A stretch of DNA of 31,227 bases from Thermoplasmata archaeon. Lineage in GTDB: Archaea > Thermoplasmatota > Thermoplasmata > GCA-020350865. Location of the stretch: the NCBI GenBank assembly GCA_020348445.1, contig CP070751.1:4288527-4319753 (forward strand). Direction: 5' to 3'. The notes beneath the pieces are model-generated. The model was not told the DNA's origin, made no database searches, and was given only the letters and a program-made list of their open reading frames with translations. This document shows, piece by piece, positions 1 through 8,347 of this stretch (position 1 is its first letter; each line of letters begins with the position of its first letter). The position numbers and the translations under genes are program-made.

Positions 1-3000
1 GATCAGTTGCACCTGCTTCGAATGTTAGTGACGAACCCTCATCCCCAGATGGTGTAATAGCCAATGTTATAGTTGGGGCAACATTGTTGACCACAACATC
101 GGCTGTGATAATTGTTGTTTTTCCATCATCATCTGTAACCGTCAACGTGATCGTATAAACTCCATTATCGCCATAGGTATGCTGGACAGTGTCAGTAACT
201 GTGTATGGATATGTACCCCATGGGCTCTGAGGAGGATCTGGACTTACGCCATTATTGTAGTAGGTTGTGGTAGTCGCAGTGGTTCCATCTCCCCAATCCC
301 ATGTAAAAGTGAGATCGTCGCTGCCAGGATCTGTGGCAATGGAGCTGAAGGTTATTGGTGATCCTTCAATACCCGAAGGTGCTGTTATTGAATTTACAGA
401 GGGGGCAGCGTTGTTTACTGTAATAGTGGTTGTGTAGGTTGATATTCCGTTATCGTCATCGGTTGCTGTCAGTGTGATGGTATAGAAACCGTTGTCTCCG
501 TAAGTGTGGCTCATGGTGTCTGTAACTGAAAATGGGTGGGCTCCCCATGGACTCTTGATTTCATTTGGAACAGGATCGTAATCAGGCTCGGGGCTTAAGC
601 CATTGTTATAATATTTGGTCACATTATCTGATGTTCCATCGCCCCAGTTCCAAGTGAATGTGAGGTCGTCGCTGCCAGGATCTTCAGTAGAGAATGTGAA
701 AGCCATTGATGAGCCCTCATCTGCTGTGAATGGTCCAAATGGTGCGGGCGTTGGAGCAACATTCTGTACAGTCACCTGCATTGTGTCTGTATCAAAAAGC
801 TCCCCCGCAGAATAATTTTCAACGATCTCTGATATTTTTTTATATATCTCCTCTAAATATGAAGCATCAGGCGCTGGGAAGTACTTACCGATTGTTATGT
901 TAGCTATATCTTTAAGAAGTCGTTCTTCATTTGAGTCAGATGTCATGGCTAATCCGATGGTAAATATTTTTATCCCTCTGCCTGCCGCAATATGTGCCTC
1001 TCTTATACAATAGTTATTATCCACAGGGTCGTTGTTTTGTGCATCTGTAAGAAGAATAATAACCGGAATGTTATTGATGGGATCTCCGTAATTCCTATGT
1101 TCCTCATTTGAAAGATTGAGCCCTGTGGAAATCCCTGTACCCCCCATGTTATCGATGTAACCGAGGTTGTTCTTAATTCTTGCATAATCCATACTTAAGT
1201 GCTCATCATAAGGCCCAGGTGGCATGAGATCTGCTTCAGTATCAAAATCTACCACACAAGCCCTATCATCTGGAGTCAGCTTGTCTACATAATATTTTGC
1301 AGCCTCTATTCTTAAGTTAATGGGATCGTTCCAATCCATACTCCCAGAGCTGTCCATTACCAAAACGCAATCCTGGTCATCTTTTCTAACATCCCCGGTT
1401 TCCCATCGAGATGTTACAGTTAAGGTGACAGTGTAAATCCCATCATCACCAAAGACATGGATAGGAGTTGGCCCAGTTGCATCGACATCGTTGGTATAGT
1501 TACCATCTCCATTCGAATCTACATCTGAATCGAAGTCCCACTCGTAGGTAAGTTCGCTTTCCAAGCCGTATTTCTCAGAATTTAATGGATAGCCCGCCAT
1601 CCATCCCCTGTTACCGCCAACGGCATAGATGCAGTTGCCAACTACACCGGAGCCGAACTCCTGTCTAATATCCAACATGGGAGTGATTGTTGTCCAAGTG
1701 TCAGATTCGGGGTCGTACATCTCGGTTGTGTTCATTGCTAAATCACCACCAGACGATCCTCCAAATACGTATATCTTCCCTCCGAGAGTCTCGGCGCACA
1801 AAGCCCATCGATATGTCAGTGAAGGTGTTTTTTCTGTCCATGTATCGGTTTCGGGATCGTACACCTCTATTGGACAAGTCGCTCCCCATGTACGTCCTCC
1901 GATGGCGTAGATTTTTCCATCCAGACTTGTTGCAGCAAGATAACCTCTTGCAGTGGGTAAATCACTTGTCTGAGACCAGGTGTCTGTGGTTGTGTTGTAC
2001 TGATAGACGATGTTGCACCATGTGCAGTTGAGGTAGGTGCTGATGCCACCGATCGTGTAAATACAATCATCCACAACAGCTATTCCATATGCTGCCATTG
2101 CTATGGGCATGGGGGCCTTCTCAGTCCATGAATTCGTGGCTGGGTCGAACACATAAGTTGTATTGCGAGTACTGTAGCCTCCGTCCCCTCCGATTGCGTA
2201 GATCTTACCATTCACAGTAGCTGCACCGATTAAGGTTCTTTTTTGGGGAAGGCTTGGCAGATCAGACCAGGAGTCGATGGCTGGAGTGTACTTTTGAAAG
2301 ACATCAGATATTCCAGTTCCCATGTCGCCGGGGCCGCCACCGACGTAATAGAGCTCGTTGTTTAGAACTGCTGAGCCGCCTCCTGACCTAGGTGATGGTA
2401 TGTTGGCTCTGGGTACCCAACCTCCGGCCCCACTGTTGGGATCGTAGCTTCCTGTGCCGTCGAATTGCACTACATCCCCTTCGTTTACGGTTTGGTCGGG
2501 GCCTGCGTCGGCAACTGGAGGCTGGATTTGGGTTGGTGTGCCGATGGCGTAGAGTTTACAATCCCAAGATCCAAAATAAATTGTGCCGTCTGTGCCGATC
2601 GCAGGTGAAGAGTATATCCAATCACCAGCCGTGAAGTTCCATTTTTGAGTGCCATCTGAATTGATTGCATATAGTTTATCGTCATAAGAGCCCACATAAA
2701 TGGTGCCATCGGACCCGATTGCTGGTGACGACATCACGTTGTATCCGGTAGTGAAATTCCATTTTTGAGTGCCATCTGGGTTGATTGCATATAGTCTCTC
2801 ATCATCAGATCCAACATAAATAGTGCCGTCGGAGCCAATAGCAGGTGATGAACGAACATATCCTCCAGTAGTAAAATTCCATTTTTGAGTGCCATTTGGA
2901 TTGATTGCATATAGTTTATTATCATAAGAGCCCACATAAATAGTGCCATCGGAACCGATTGCTGGTGATGACTGCCCATAGATGGTAGTCGTGAAACTCC

Positions 3001-5035
3001 ATTTTTCAGTGCCATCAGGATTGATTGCATAAAGTTTAATGCCAGAGCTAATATAAACCGTACCATCATAGCCGATTGCAGGTGATGAAATTATCCTCCG
3101 ACTTCCAGTTGAGAAATCCCATTTCTTACTGCCATCTGGATTGAGAGCGTATAATTTTTTATCCCAGGAGCCGATATAGATTGTGCCATCGGACCCGATT
3201 GCTGGTGATGACGTCACAATGTCACCAGTCGTGTAACTCCAATTATGAGGTCCATCAGGGTTAATTGCATACAGTTTATTGTCGTAAGAGCCAATATAAA
3301 TCGTACCGTCGGAACCGATCGCTGGTGATGAAGGTACATAACCACCAGTCGTGAAACTCCACTTTTCAATGCCGTCTGGATTAATTGCATATAGTTTATC
3401 GTCATAAGAGCCGACATAAATCGTACCGTCGGAATCGATCGCGGGTGATGAAGTTACATTGCCACCGGTTGTGAAACTCCATTTCAACTTACCAGGATTT
3501 GCGCTCGTATCATAGGGATTAAGACCTGTATGATTGAGATTATGTCGGAACATCGGCCAAGGTATCGGGTTCACAGTGATATCCACATATCCAGATGCGT
3601 CATTATATCCAGTTTTACCTGCGTGTGCAGTTATTCTGCAAATTGCCTGAGTCGTGGCAGTAGGTGCATTGAATATACTCTCGAATTTGCCGTTGCTGTC
3701 CGTGATTCCGCTTTGCGGGCTGAACAATCCCCCGTTATCTGATGCTAAGTTTACAGCCGCACCTTGGATTGGGTTTGTGCCATCGGTAACATGGACTGTG
3801 ATTTGAGATTGGGCGGCGGAGTTGAGTTCTGTGAAATGGGAGGTGACCTTAATCTCAAGATTTTGACTTGGATTTCCAATGGCATACAATTTACCATCAT
3901 AACATCCAATATAGATCGTACCGTCCGAACCTATTGCTGGTGATGAGCGAATTCCATCACCTGTTATGAAATTCCATTTCTCTGAGCCATCTGGACTGAT
4001 TGCATACAATCTATTTGTATCATACCCGACATAGATTGTACCATCAGAACCGATTGCAGGTGATGAATACCAAAGACGTTTTTCTGCAATCGTGAAACTC
4101 CATTTCTCTGTGCCGTCCGGGTTGAGTGCATAAAGATGTCTATCGTCAGAGCCAAAATAAATCGTGCCGTCTGAACCGATTGCAGGTGATGAATTGACAT
4201 CATCATTAGTTATGAAATCCCATTTTTTCGTACCATCTGGATTGATTGCATACAGTCTATGGTCGTCAGACCCAACATAAATTGTGCCGTCTGGACCGAT
4301 TGCAGGAGATGAGGCAGATAAACTGTCTATAGCAGTGAAACTCCATTTCATGGTGCCATCTGGATTAATCGCATACAATTTATGGTCGTAAGAACCAATA
4401 TAAATCGTACCATCAGAGCCTATTGCAGGTGATGTTCTCAAAGCTCCACCTGTTGTGAACCTCCATTTCTCGATTCCATTGGAGTTAATTGCATATAGAT
4501 TACGGTCAAAAGAACCGATATAAATCGTACCATCAGAGCCTATTGCAGGTGATGAATTCACTTCCCAATCGGTCGTAAAACTCCATTTTTTTGTACCGTC
4601 GGGGTTGATGGCATACAGATTATTATCTTTAGACCCGAAATAGATTGTTCCTTCAGAGCCAATTGCAGGTGATGAATCCACATGACCTCCGGTAATAAAA
4701 TTCCATTCTTCAGTACCATCTGGGTTGATGGCATACAGTTTATTATCACGGGAACCTACATAGATAGTCCCATCGGAGCCGATTGCAGGTGAGGAGCGCA
4801 CATTATCACCAGTCGTGAAGCTCCATTTCAATTGGCCAATATTTCCGCTTGTATCATATTGGCTAAGACCTGTATGTTTGGGATTCCCTCGAAACATCGG
4901 CCACGGCGAATCAGCAAGCCCACCTCCACCACCACTCGAACTTGAATCCGGTTCCCCAACATCTTGAGTAATCGGTGCAGAAACAGAAGCCACCATAACC
5001 ACACACAGAATTATACTTTCAATCTTGGAATTCAT
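1..5035 (-). CDS. Giant secreted/surface protein, 3' end outside window (>1678 aa): signal peptide, 8 PQQ-like repeats, Ig-like domain, 8 PQQ-like repeats, PKD with inserted Kelch and VWA domains, further PKD domains
   Basis: ATG at 5035 preceded by GGGAGAGG; translation begins MNSKIESIILCVVMVASVSAP. The same frame at positions 2-61 reads AITPSGDEGSSLTFEAGATD (PKD-like). No stop-terminated ORF from 5035 appears in the track, consistent with an open frame to the window edge. Motifs: WPMFR...HTG, SSPAIGSDGTIYVGS, Kelch GG/W pattern, VMDSSGS (MIDAS), WDWGDG. Confidence 0.92.
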   Translation of the reverse strand, partial: MNSKIESIILCVVMVASVSAPITQDVGEPDSSSSGGGGGLADSPWPMFRGNPKHTGLSQYDTSGNIGQLKWSFTTGDNVRSSPAIGSDGTIYVGSRDNKLYAINPDGTEEWNFITGGHVDSSPAIGSEGTIYFGSKDNNLYAINPDGTKKWSFTTDWEVNSSPAIGSDGTIYIGSFDRNLYAINSNGIEKWRFTTGGALRTSPAIGSDGTIYIGSYDHKLYAINPDGTMKWSFTAIDSLSASSPAIGPDGTIYVGSDDHRLYAINPDGTKKWDFITNDDVNSSPAIGSDGTIYFGSDDRHLYALNPDGTEKWSFTIAEKRLWYSSPAIGSDGTIYVGYDTNRLYAISPDGSEKWNFITGDGIRSSPAIGSDGTIYIGCYDGKLYAIGNPSQNLEIKVTSHFTELNSAAQSQITVHVTDGTNPIQGAAVNLASDNGGLFSPQSGITDSNGKFESIFNAPTATTQAICRITAHAGKTGYNDASGYVDITVNPIPWPMFRHNLNHTGLNPYDTSANPGKLKWSFTTGGNVTSSPAIDSDGTIYVGSYDDKLYAINPDGIEKWSFTTGGYVPSSPAIGSDGTIYIGSYDNKLYAINPDGPHNWSYTTGDIVTSSPAIGSDGTIYIGSWDKKLYALNPDGSKKWDFSTGSRRIISSPAIGYDGTVYISSGIKLYAINPDGTEKWSFTTTIYGQSSPAIGSDGTIYVGSYDNKLYAINPNGTQKWNFTTGGYVRSSPAIGSDGTIYVGSDDERLYAINPDGTQKWNFTTGYNVMSSPAIGSDGTIYVGSYDDKLYAINSDGTQKWNFTAGDWIYSSPAIGTDGTIYFGSWDCKLYAIGTPTQIQPPVADAGPDQTVNEGDVVQFDGTGSYDPNSGAGGWVPRANIPSPRSGGGSAVLNNELYYVGGGPGDMGTGISDVFQKYTPAIDSWSDLPSLPQKRTLIGAATVNGKIYAIGGDGGYSTRNTTYVFDPATNSWTEKAPMPIAMAAYGIAVVDDCIYTIGGISTYLNCTWCNIVYQYNTTTDTWSQTSDLPTARGYLAATSLDGKIYAIGGRTWGATCPIEVYDPETDTWTEKTPSLTYRWALCAETLGGKIYVFGGSSGGDLAMNTTEMYDPESDTWTTITPMLDIRQEFGSGVVGNCIYAVGGNRGWMAGYPLNSEKYGLESELTYEWDFDSDVDSNGDGNYTNDVDATGPTPIHVFGDDGIYTVTLTVTSRWETGDVRKDDQDCVLVMDSSGSMDWNDPINLRIEAAKYYVDKLTPDDRACVVDFDTEADLMPPGPYDEHLSMDYARIKNNLGYIDNMGGTGISTGLNLSNEEHRNYGDPINNIPVIILLTDAQNNDPVDNNYCIREAHIAAGRGIKIFTIGLAMTSDSNEERLLKDIANITIGKYFPAPDASYLEEIYKKISEIVENYSAGELFDTDTMQVTVQNVAPTPAPFGPFTADEGSSMAFTFSTEDPGSDDLTFTWNWGDGTSDNVTKYYNNGLSPEPDYDPVPNEIKSPWGAHPFSVTDTMSHTYGDNGFYTITLTATDDDNGISTYTTTITVNNAAPSVNSITAPSGIEGSPITFSSIATDPGSDDLTFTWDWGDGTTATTTTYYNNGVSPDPPQSPWGTYPYTVTDTVQHTYGDNGVYTITLTVTDDDGKTTIITADVVVNNVAPTITLAITPSGDEGSSLTFEAGATD
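1568..2425 (-). repeat. Six Kelch repeats (coding) within the giant surface protein
   Basis: Six units with hydrophobic-hydrophobic-GG ...Y(D/N)P...W pattern: YVGG, AIGG, TIGG, AIGG, VFGG, AVGG. Confidence 0.85.
2550..3565 (-). repeat. Second PQQ-like propeller module: WPMFR leader plus 8 x ~120-nt coding repeats
   Basis: Ser-Pro-Ala codon block (gc[at/g]ggtga on + strand) recurs near 3441, 3321, 3201, 3078, 2961, 2841, 2721 and 2601. Confidence 0.88.
3880..4905 (-). repeat. First PQQ-like propeller module: WPMFR leader plus 8 x ~120-nt coding repeats
   Basis: The same block recurs near 4786, 4666, 4546, 4426, 4301, 4181, 4055 and 3935; unit resembles WxFxTxxxVxSSPAIGSDGTIYVGSxDxKLYAINPDG. 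Confidence 0.88.
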
Positions 5036-5243
5036 TCTAACCTCTCCCTATCGCAAGCTTTATAAGAAACGCCCTTCCAAGCGTTCCCTTCGAGGCTTCG
5101 TAGGTAATAATTGTCTTTTAGGATATTTATAATTTCGGCTATTCTCCCCATTCTCTCTCCCTATACTAAAACTATTAATCCCAAAAGGCATTTACCATGG
5201 CTACAGTAACCACTGAATATAAAAGTCTTAAACGGTGATGATC

Positions 5244-5843
5244 ATGAAAGCCTTCAGGGTCAAAGGAAAATTCTTTATGGGAGACCGCTGGCAGGAGTTT
5301 ACAAAAGAGCTTGCAAGCCAAGACGATGCTGCCGTGAGAGAGGCTGTATACTCCCGACTTGGAAGCAAACACAGGGTAAAGCGGTTTAGGATTCAGATTT
5401 CCCAGGTCACCGAAATTCCCCTCGAGGAGGTCACCGACCCAATAACATCCTACATAATAAAAAACGAAGATGTGATCAAGTCCTTAAAAAAAGAGAGGGT
5501 TGCCAAACCTATGATAAAAAAGGAAAAACCCAAACCCTTAAAAAAGAAAAAATTGACCAAACCCATAAAAGAAATGAAGAAAGCCAAAATCAAAAGAAGG
5601 CCAAAATTGCGTAAACCTGTAATGAAAGGAAAAGAGACCAAGACCGACAAAAAAGAGAAGGTGACCAAACCCAAAAAAGAAGGGGAAAAACCTAAACCAG
5701 TAAAAAAAGAAAAAGAGACCAAACCAGTTAAAAAAGAGAAGGAACCCGCAGAAGGTGATGAGGAGTCTAAAACTTTAAAAAAAGAGGTAACTACCAAACC
5801 CAAAAAGAAAAAATTGGTGAAAAAAGGTGAGAAAAATGAATGA
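5244..5843 (+). CDS. rpl18a: 50S ribosomal protein L18Ae/LX (eL20) with ~125-aa Lys-rich C-terminal extension
   Basis: N-terminal ~74 aa MKAFRVKGKF...FTKEL...VYSRLGSKHRVKR match the LX family; GGTGA RBS at 5234-5238 favours ATG 5244; conserved position upstream of pfdA and ftsY. Confidence 0.9.
   Translation: MKAFRVKGKFFMGDRWQEFTKELASQDDAAVREAVYSRLGSKHRVKRFRIQISQVTEIPLEEVTDPITSYIIKNEDVIKSLKKERVAKPMIKKEKPKPLKKKKLTKPIKEMKKAKIKRRPKLRKPVMKGKETKTDKKEKVTKPKKEGEKPKPVKKEKETKPVKKEKEPAEGDEESKTLKKEVTTKPKKKKLVKKGEKNE
5694..5747 (+). repeat. 27-nt tandem duplication encoding KPVKKEKET / KPVKKEKEP
   Basis: aaaccagtaaaaaaagaaaaagagacc followed by aaaccagttaaaaaagagaaggaaccc. Confidence 0.8.
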
Positions 5844-6243
5844 GGAGGAGCTTGCGCAGGCAATAAGAACCTTGGAATTCTACAGGACACAGCTTGAGAG
5901 CTTTGATCAGCAGTACGAATTCATGACCATGTCCCTAAGAGAGCATACCCGCGCCAAGGAAACCATGGAAGGCTACAAGGCCGTTTCCGAGGGTACGGAG
6001 ACATTGATACCCATTGGTGCAGGATCGTACCTGTTCACCAAGGCAGCCAATCCAGAAAAAGCGGTAGTTGGGATAGGCGCGGATGTGGTAATCGAAACCA
6101 ACATGGACGATGCTATATCAAAAATTGATGATAGAATAAAAGAAATCGAAGGGGCAATGAAAGCCCTTGGCGAGAAGTATCAAGAGGTGGCAAATTCCGC
6201 CCAAGAGCTTTCTGCAAAGATTCAATCTGCCTATCAAAGATAA
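5836..6243 (+). CDS. pfdA: Prefoldin subunit alpha
   Basis: Coiled coil - beta hairpin (ETLIPIGAGSYL...VVGIGADVVIE) - coiled coil; GGTGA RBS at 5826-5830; overlaps the rpl18a stop. Confidence 0.93.
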   Translation: MNEEELAQAIRTLEFYRTQLESFDQQYEFMTMSLREHTRAKETMEGYKAVSEGTETLIPIGAGSYLFTKAANPEKAVVGIGADVVIETNMDDAISKIDDRIKEIEGAMKALGEKYQEVANSAQELSAKIQSAYQR

Positions 6244-6264
6244 TGAGATCGAGAGGCAGGATGC

Positions 6265-7335
6265 ATGTTTAAAAAATTGAGGGATAAACTCAAATCATTT
6301 ACAGACAAGGCCTCAAAGGAACTGGAGGAGATCGAGGAGGAAATTCCAAAAAAACCAAAACAAAAAAAAATAGAGCCAAAAAAAGAGGCCAAGAAAAAGA
6401 AGAAAGAGAAAAAGGAAAAACCCAGGAAAAAAGAGGCTAGGACTCCCTCAGAAAAGGAAGAATTATTTGCTGAAGGAAGGATTGGGAAGAAACTTCGGGA
6501 GGGCAGGCTTGAGGACCTGCTTTGGGATCTGGAAATGGCGCTTTTGGAATCAGATGTGGCCCTGCCCGTTGTAGAGAGGATCAAAACCAGTGTAAAATCA
6601 GACCTTCTGGGGAGAAAGGTCAGGCGTGGAGTGGATATTGAAAGCGCGGTAGAGGCATCACTTAAAAAGGCGATTACAGAAGTTCTTGCACAAAATCCCG
6701 TGAACTTTGATGCATACGTTAAATCACACGAGAAGCCAGTCGTAGTTATGTTCGTTGGAGTCAACGGTACAGGAAAGACCACGGCAATAGCGAGAATCGC
6801 CCACAGACTGAAGAAAAATAGGCTCTCATGCGTGATAGCAGCAGCCGACACTTTCAGGGCCGGGGCAATCGAACAGCTCGAAAAACATTCCGAAAGACTG
6901 GGTGTTAAGCTCATCAAGCATCAGGCTGGAGCAGATCCTGCGGCTGTTGCCTTCGATGCCATAGAACATGCCAAGGCAAGGCACAAGGATGTGGTCCTGG
7001 TGGACACCGCTGGCAGAATGCATTCCAATATCAACCTAATGGACGAGATGGCCAAGATAAAAAGGGTGGCGCCACCGCACATGATCATATTTGTGGGGGA
7101 CGCCCTATCTGGAAACGATACCATAATTCAGGCCAAGAAGTTCGACGAGACAGTGGGTATAGACTGCGCCATATTAACAAAAATAGATGCCGATGCAAAG
7201 GGGGGAGCGGCATTGTCCATAGCACATGCCGTGGGAAAACCCATTGTATTCATAGGCGTGGGCCAGGAATACGACGACCTCATAATGTTCGATCCCAGGT
7301 GGATGGTGGAGAGGCTGTTTGGTGAGGATACGTAG
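6265..7335 (+). CDS. ftsY: Signal recognition particle receptor FtsY
   Basis: GVNGTGKTT, DTFRAGAIEQL, DTAGR, TKID and GVGQ motifs; N-domain LLESDVA. Confidence 0.97.
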   Translation: MFKKLRDKLKSFTDKASKELEEIEEEIPKKPKQKKIEPKKEAKKKKKEKKEKPRKKEARTPSEKEELFAEGRIGKKLREGRLEDLLWDLEMALLESDVALPVVERIKTSVKSDLLGRKVRRGVDIESAVEASLKKAITEVLAQNPVNFDAYVKSHEKPVVVMFVGVNGTGKTTAIARIAHRLKKNRLSCVIAAADTFRAGAIEQLEKHSERLGVKLIKHQAGADPAAVAFDAIEHAKARHKDVVLVDTAGRMHSNINLMDEMAKIKRVAPPHMIIFVGDALSGNDTIIQAKKFDETVGIDCAILTKIDADAKGGAALSIAHAVGKPIVFIGVGQEYDDLIMFDPRWMVERLFGEDT

Positions 7336-7389
7336 AGGTTACTTACTTATATAGATTTAATAAATGGATCTTTTTAAAAACATTATAAT

Positions 7390-8340
7390 CTATAGATCAT
7401 CGTCTAAGAGGCCCGCTGCTTTCAATCCCATATCAAAGCATCCGATGGCTGCAAGTGCCCCAATTTTTCCTCTGGAGCCTGTTATCTCGATCATCCTGAC
7501 ACCGTGATCCTTTGCTATTCTCTCGGTTTCTTTTGGGGAGATGATGCGTCTTTTTGCTTCAAGTCCATAGGCTACAACCTCTTTTGGTATTGAAAGCCCA
7601 GTGAACACGGCCATTGCAGTGTGCTTGGATAGGGTGCGCTCTTTTACGAAATCAACTGCAAAATCCACGGCAGCTTCTATGTTCCTCTCCTCAATAGCAA
7701 AGGATGTGCCTATGGAAACGCAGCTTGTGGTTTTATGGGGTACAAGCGGAGAAAGCTGGATGATCTTATGCAAAAGTGGATATGCATGGGGCATGGCATT
7801 CATAAGTTCCAGTGCCAGAACCCATGAGGCGCCTTTTTCCTTTGAGTCGGTATCATCCAGTCCCAAAATCAGCCGTTTCATTTTCCTTGAAACTATGGTG
7901 ATTTCAACCTGGTTAGCACCGCCTATTCCTTTCAAGTCGGAATAGATGGCACGGATCACACCAGGGGCCTGGGGAAGGCAGGCACCCACCCCGACGCTGG
8001 CTCCAGCCAAGCCCAGCCAGGTCGTGTGAACTTCCTCTCCTACAACCAAAAGCGACTTCAGTGCCTGACCCCCCAAATCCCTGGATGCTGGCCCGAATTT
8101 CACATCACCTTCACCTATTTTCGTGTTCATGATAAGGGTATTTCCATCCACAAAAACCTCTTTGACTGGACCGCCTGCCCTCAGCCTGTTTTCTGCATCC
8201 CATTCCACAGGACCCTTTGCAGTGCAGTGCTCGATTATCTGAGCTATATCATTTTCCTCGTCAACTAGTGTGTAAAAACCTTTGGAGAATTTCTTGCCAA
8301 AACGCTGTCGCACCTCCTCAGGGGACAGGGTAATTGTCAT
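7390..8340 (-). CDS. Methanogenesis marker protein 11 family (TiaS-like DDTD domain at C-terminus)
   Basis: GLAGASVGVGACL, LGLDDTDSKEKGASW, IIQLSPLVPHKTTSCVS and terminal GKIGALAAIG resemble the marker-11/DUF1743 family as recalled; not HMM-verified. Confidence 0.7.
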   Translation of the reverse strand: MTITLSPEEVRQRFGKKFSKGFYTLVDEENDIAQIIEHCTAKGPVEWDAENRLRAGGPVKEVFVDGNTLIMNTKIGEGDVKFGPASRDLGGQALKSLLVVGEEVHTTWLGLAGASVGVGACLPQAPGVIRAIYSDLKGIGGANQVEITIVSRKMKRLILGLDDTDSKEKGASWVLALELMNAMPHAYPLLHKIIQLSPLVPHKTTSCVSIGTSFAIEERNIEAAVDFAVDFVKERTLSKHTAMAVFTGLSIPKEVVAYGLEAKRRIISPKETERIAKDHGVRMIEITGSRGKIGALAAIGCFDMGLKAAGLLDDDL

Positions 8341-8347
8341 GGTAATT

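Noticed and set aside
179-4749. Many short ORFs listed in the track across 1-5035
   Set aside because: They are antisense or alternate-frame shadows of the single long minus-strand ORF; their repetitiveness mirrors the coding repeats.
2550-4905. Regular ~120-nt periodic repeats resembling a CRISPR array
   Set aside because: Repeats are in frame, vary at third codon positions and encode propeller blades; there is no invariant repeat/unique spacer pattern and no cas genes.
5450-5890. 146-aa Phe-rich antisense ORF (also 6234-6917)
   Set aside because: Reverse complement of Lys/Glu codons (AAA/GAA) lacks stops; shadow of rpl18a and ftsY.
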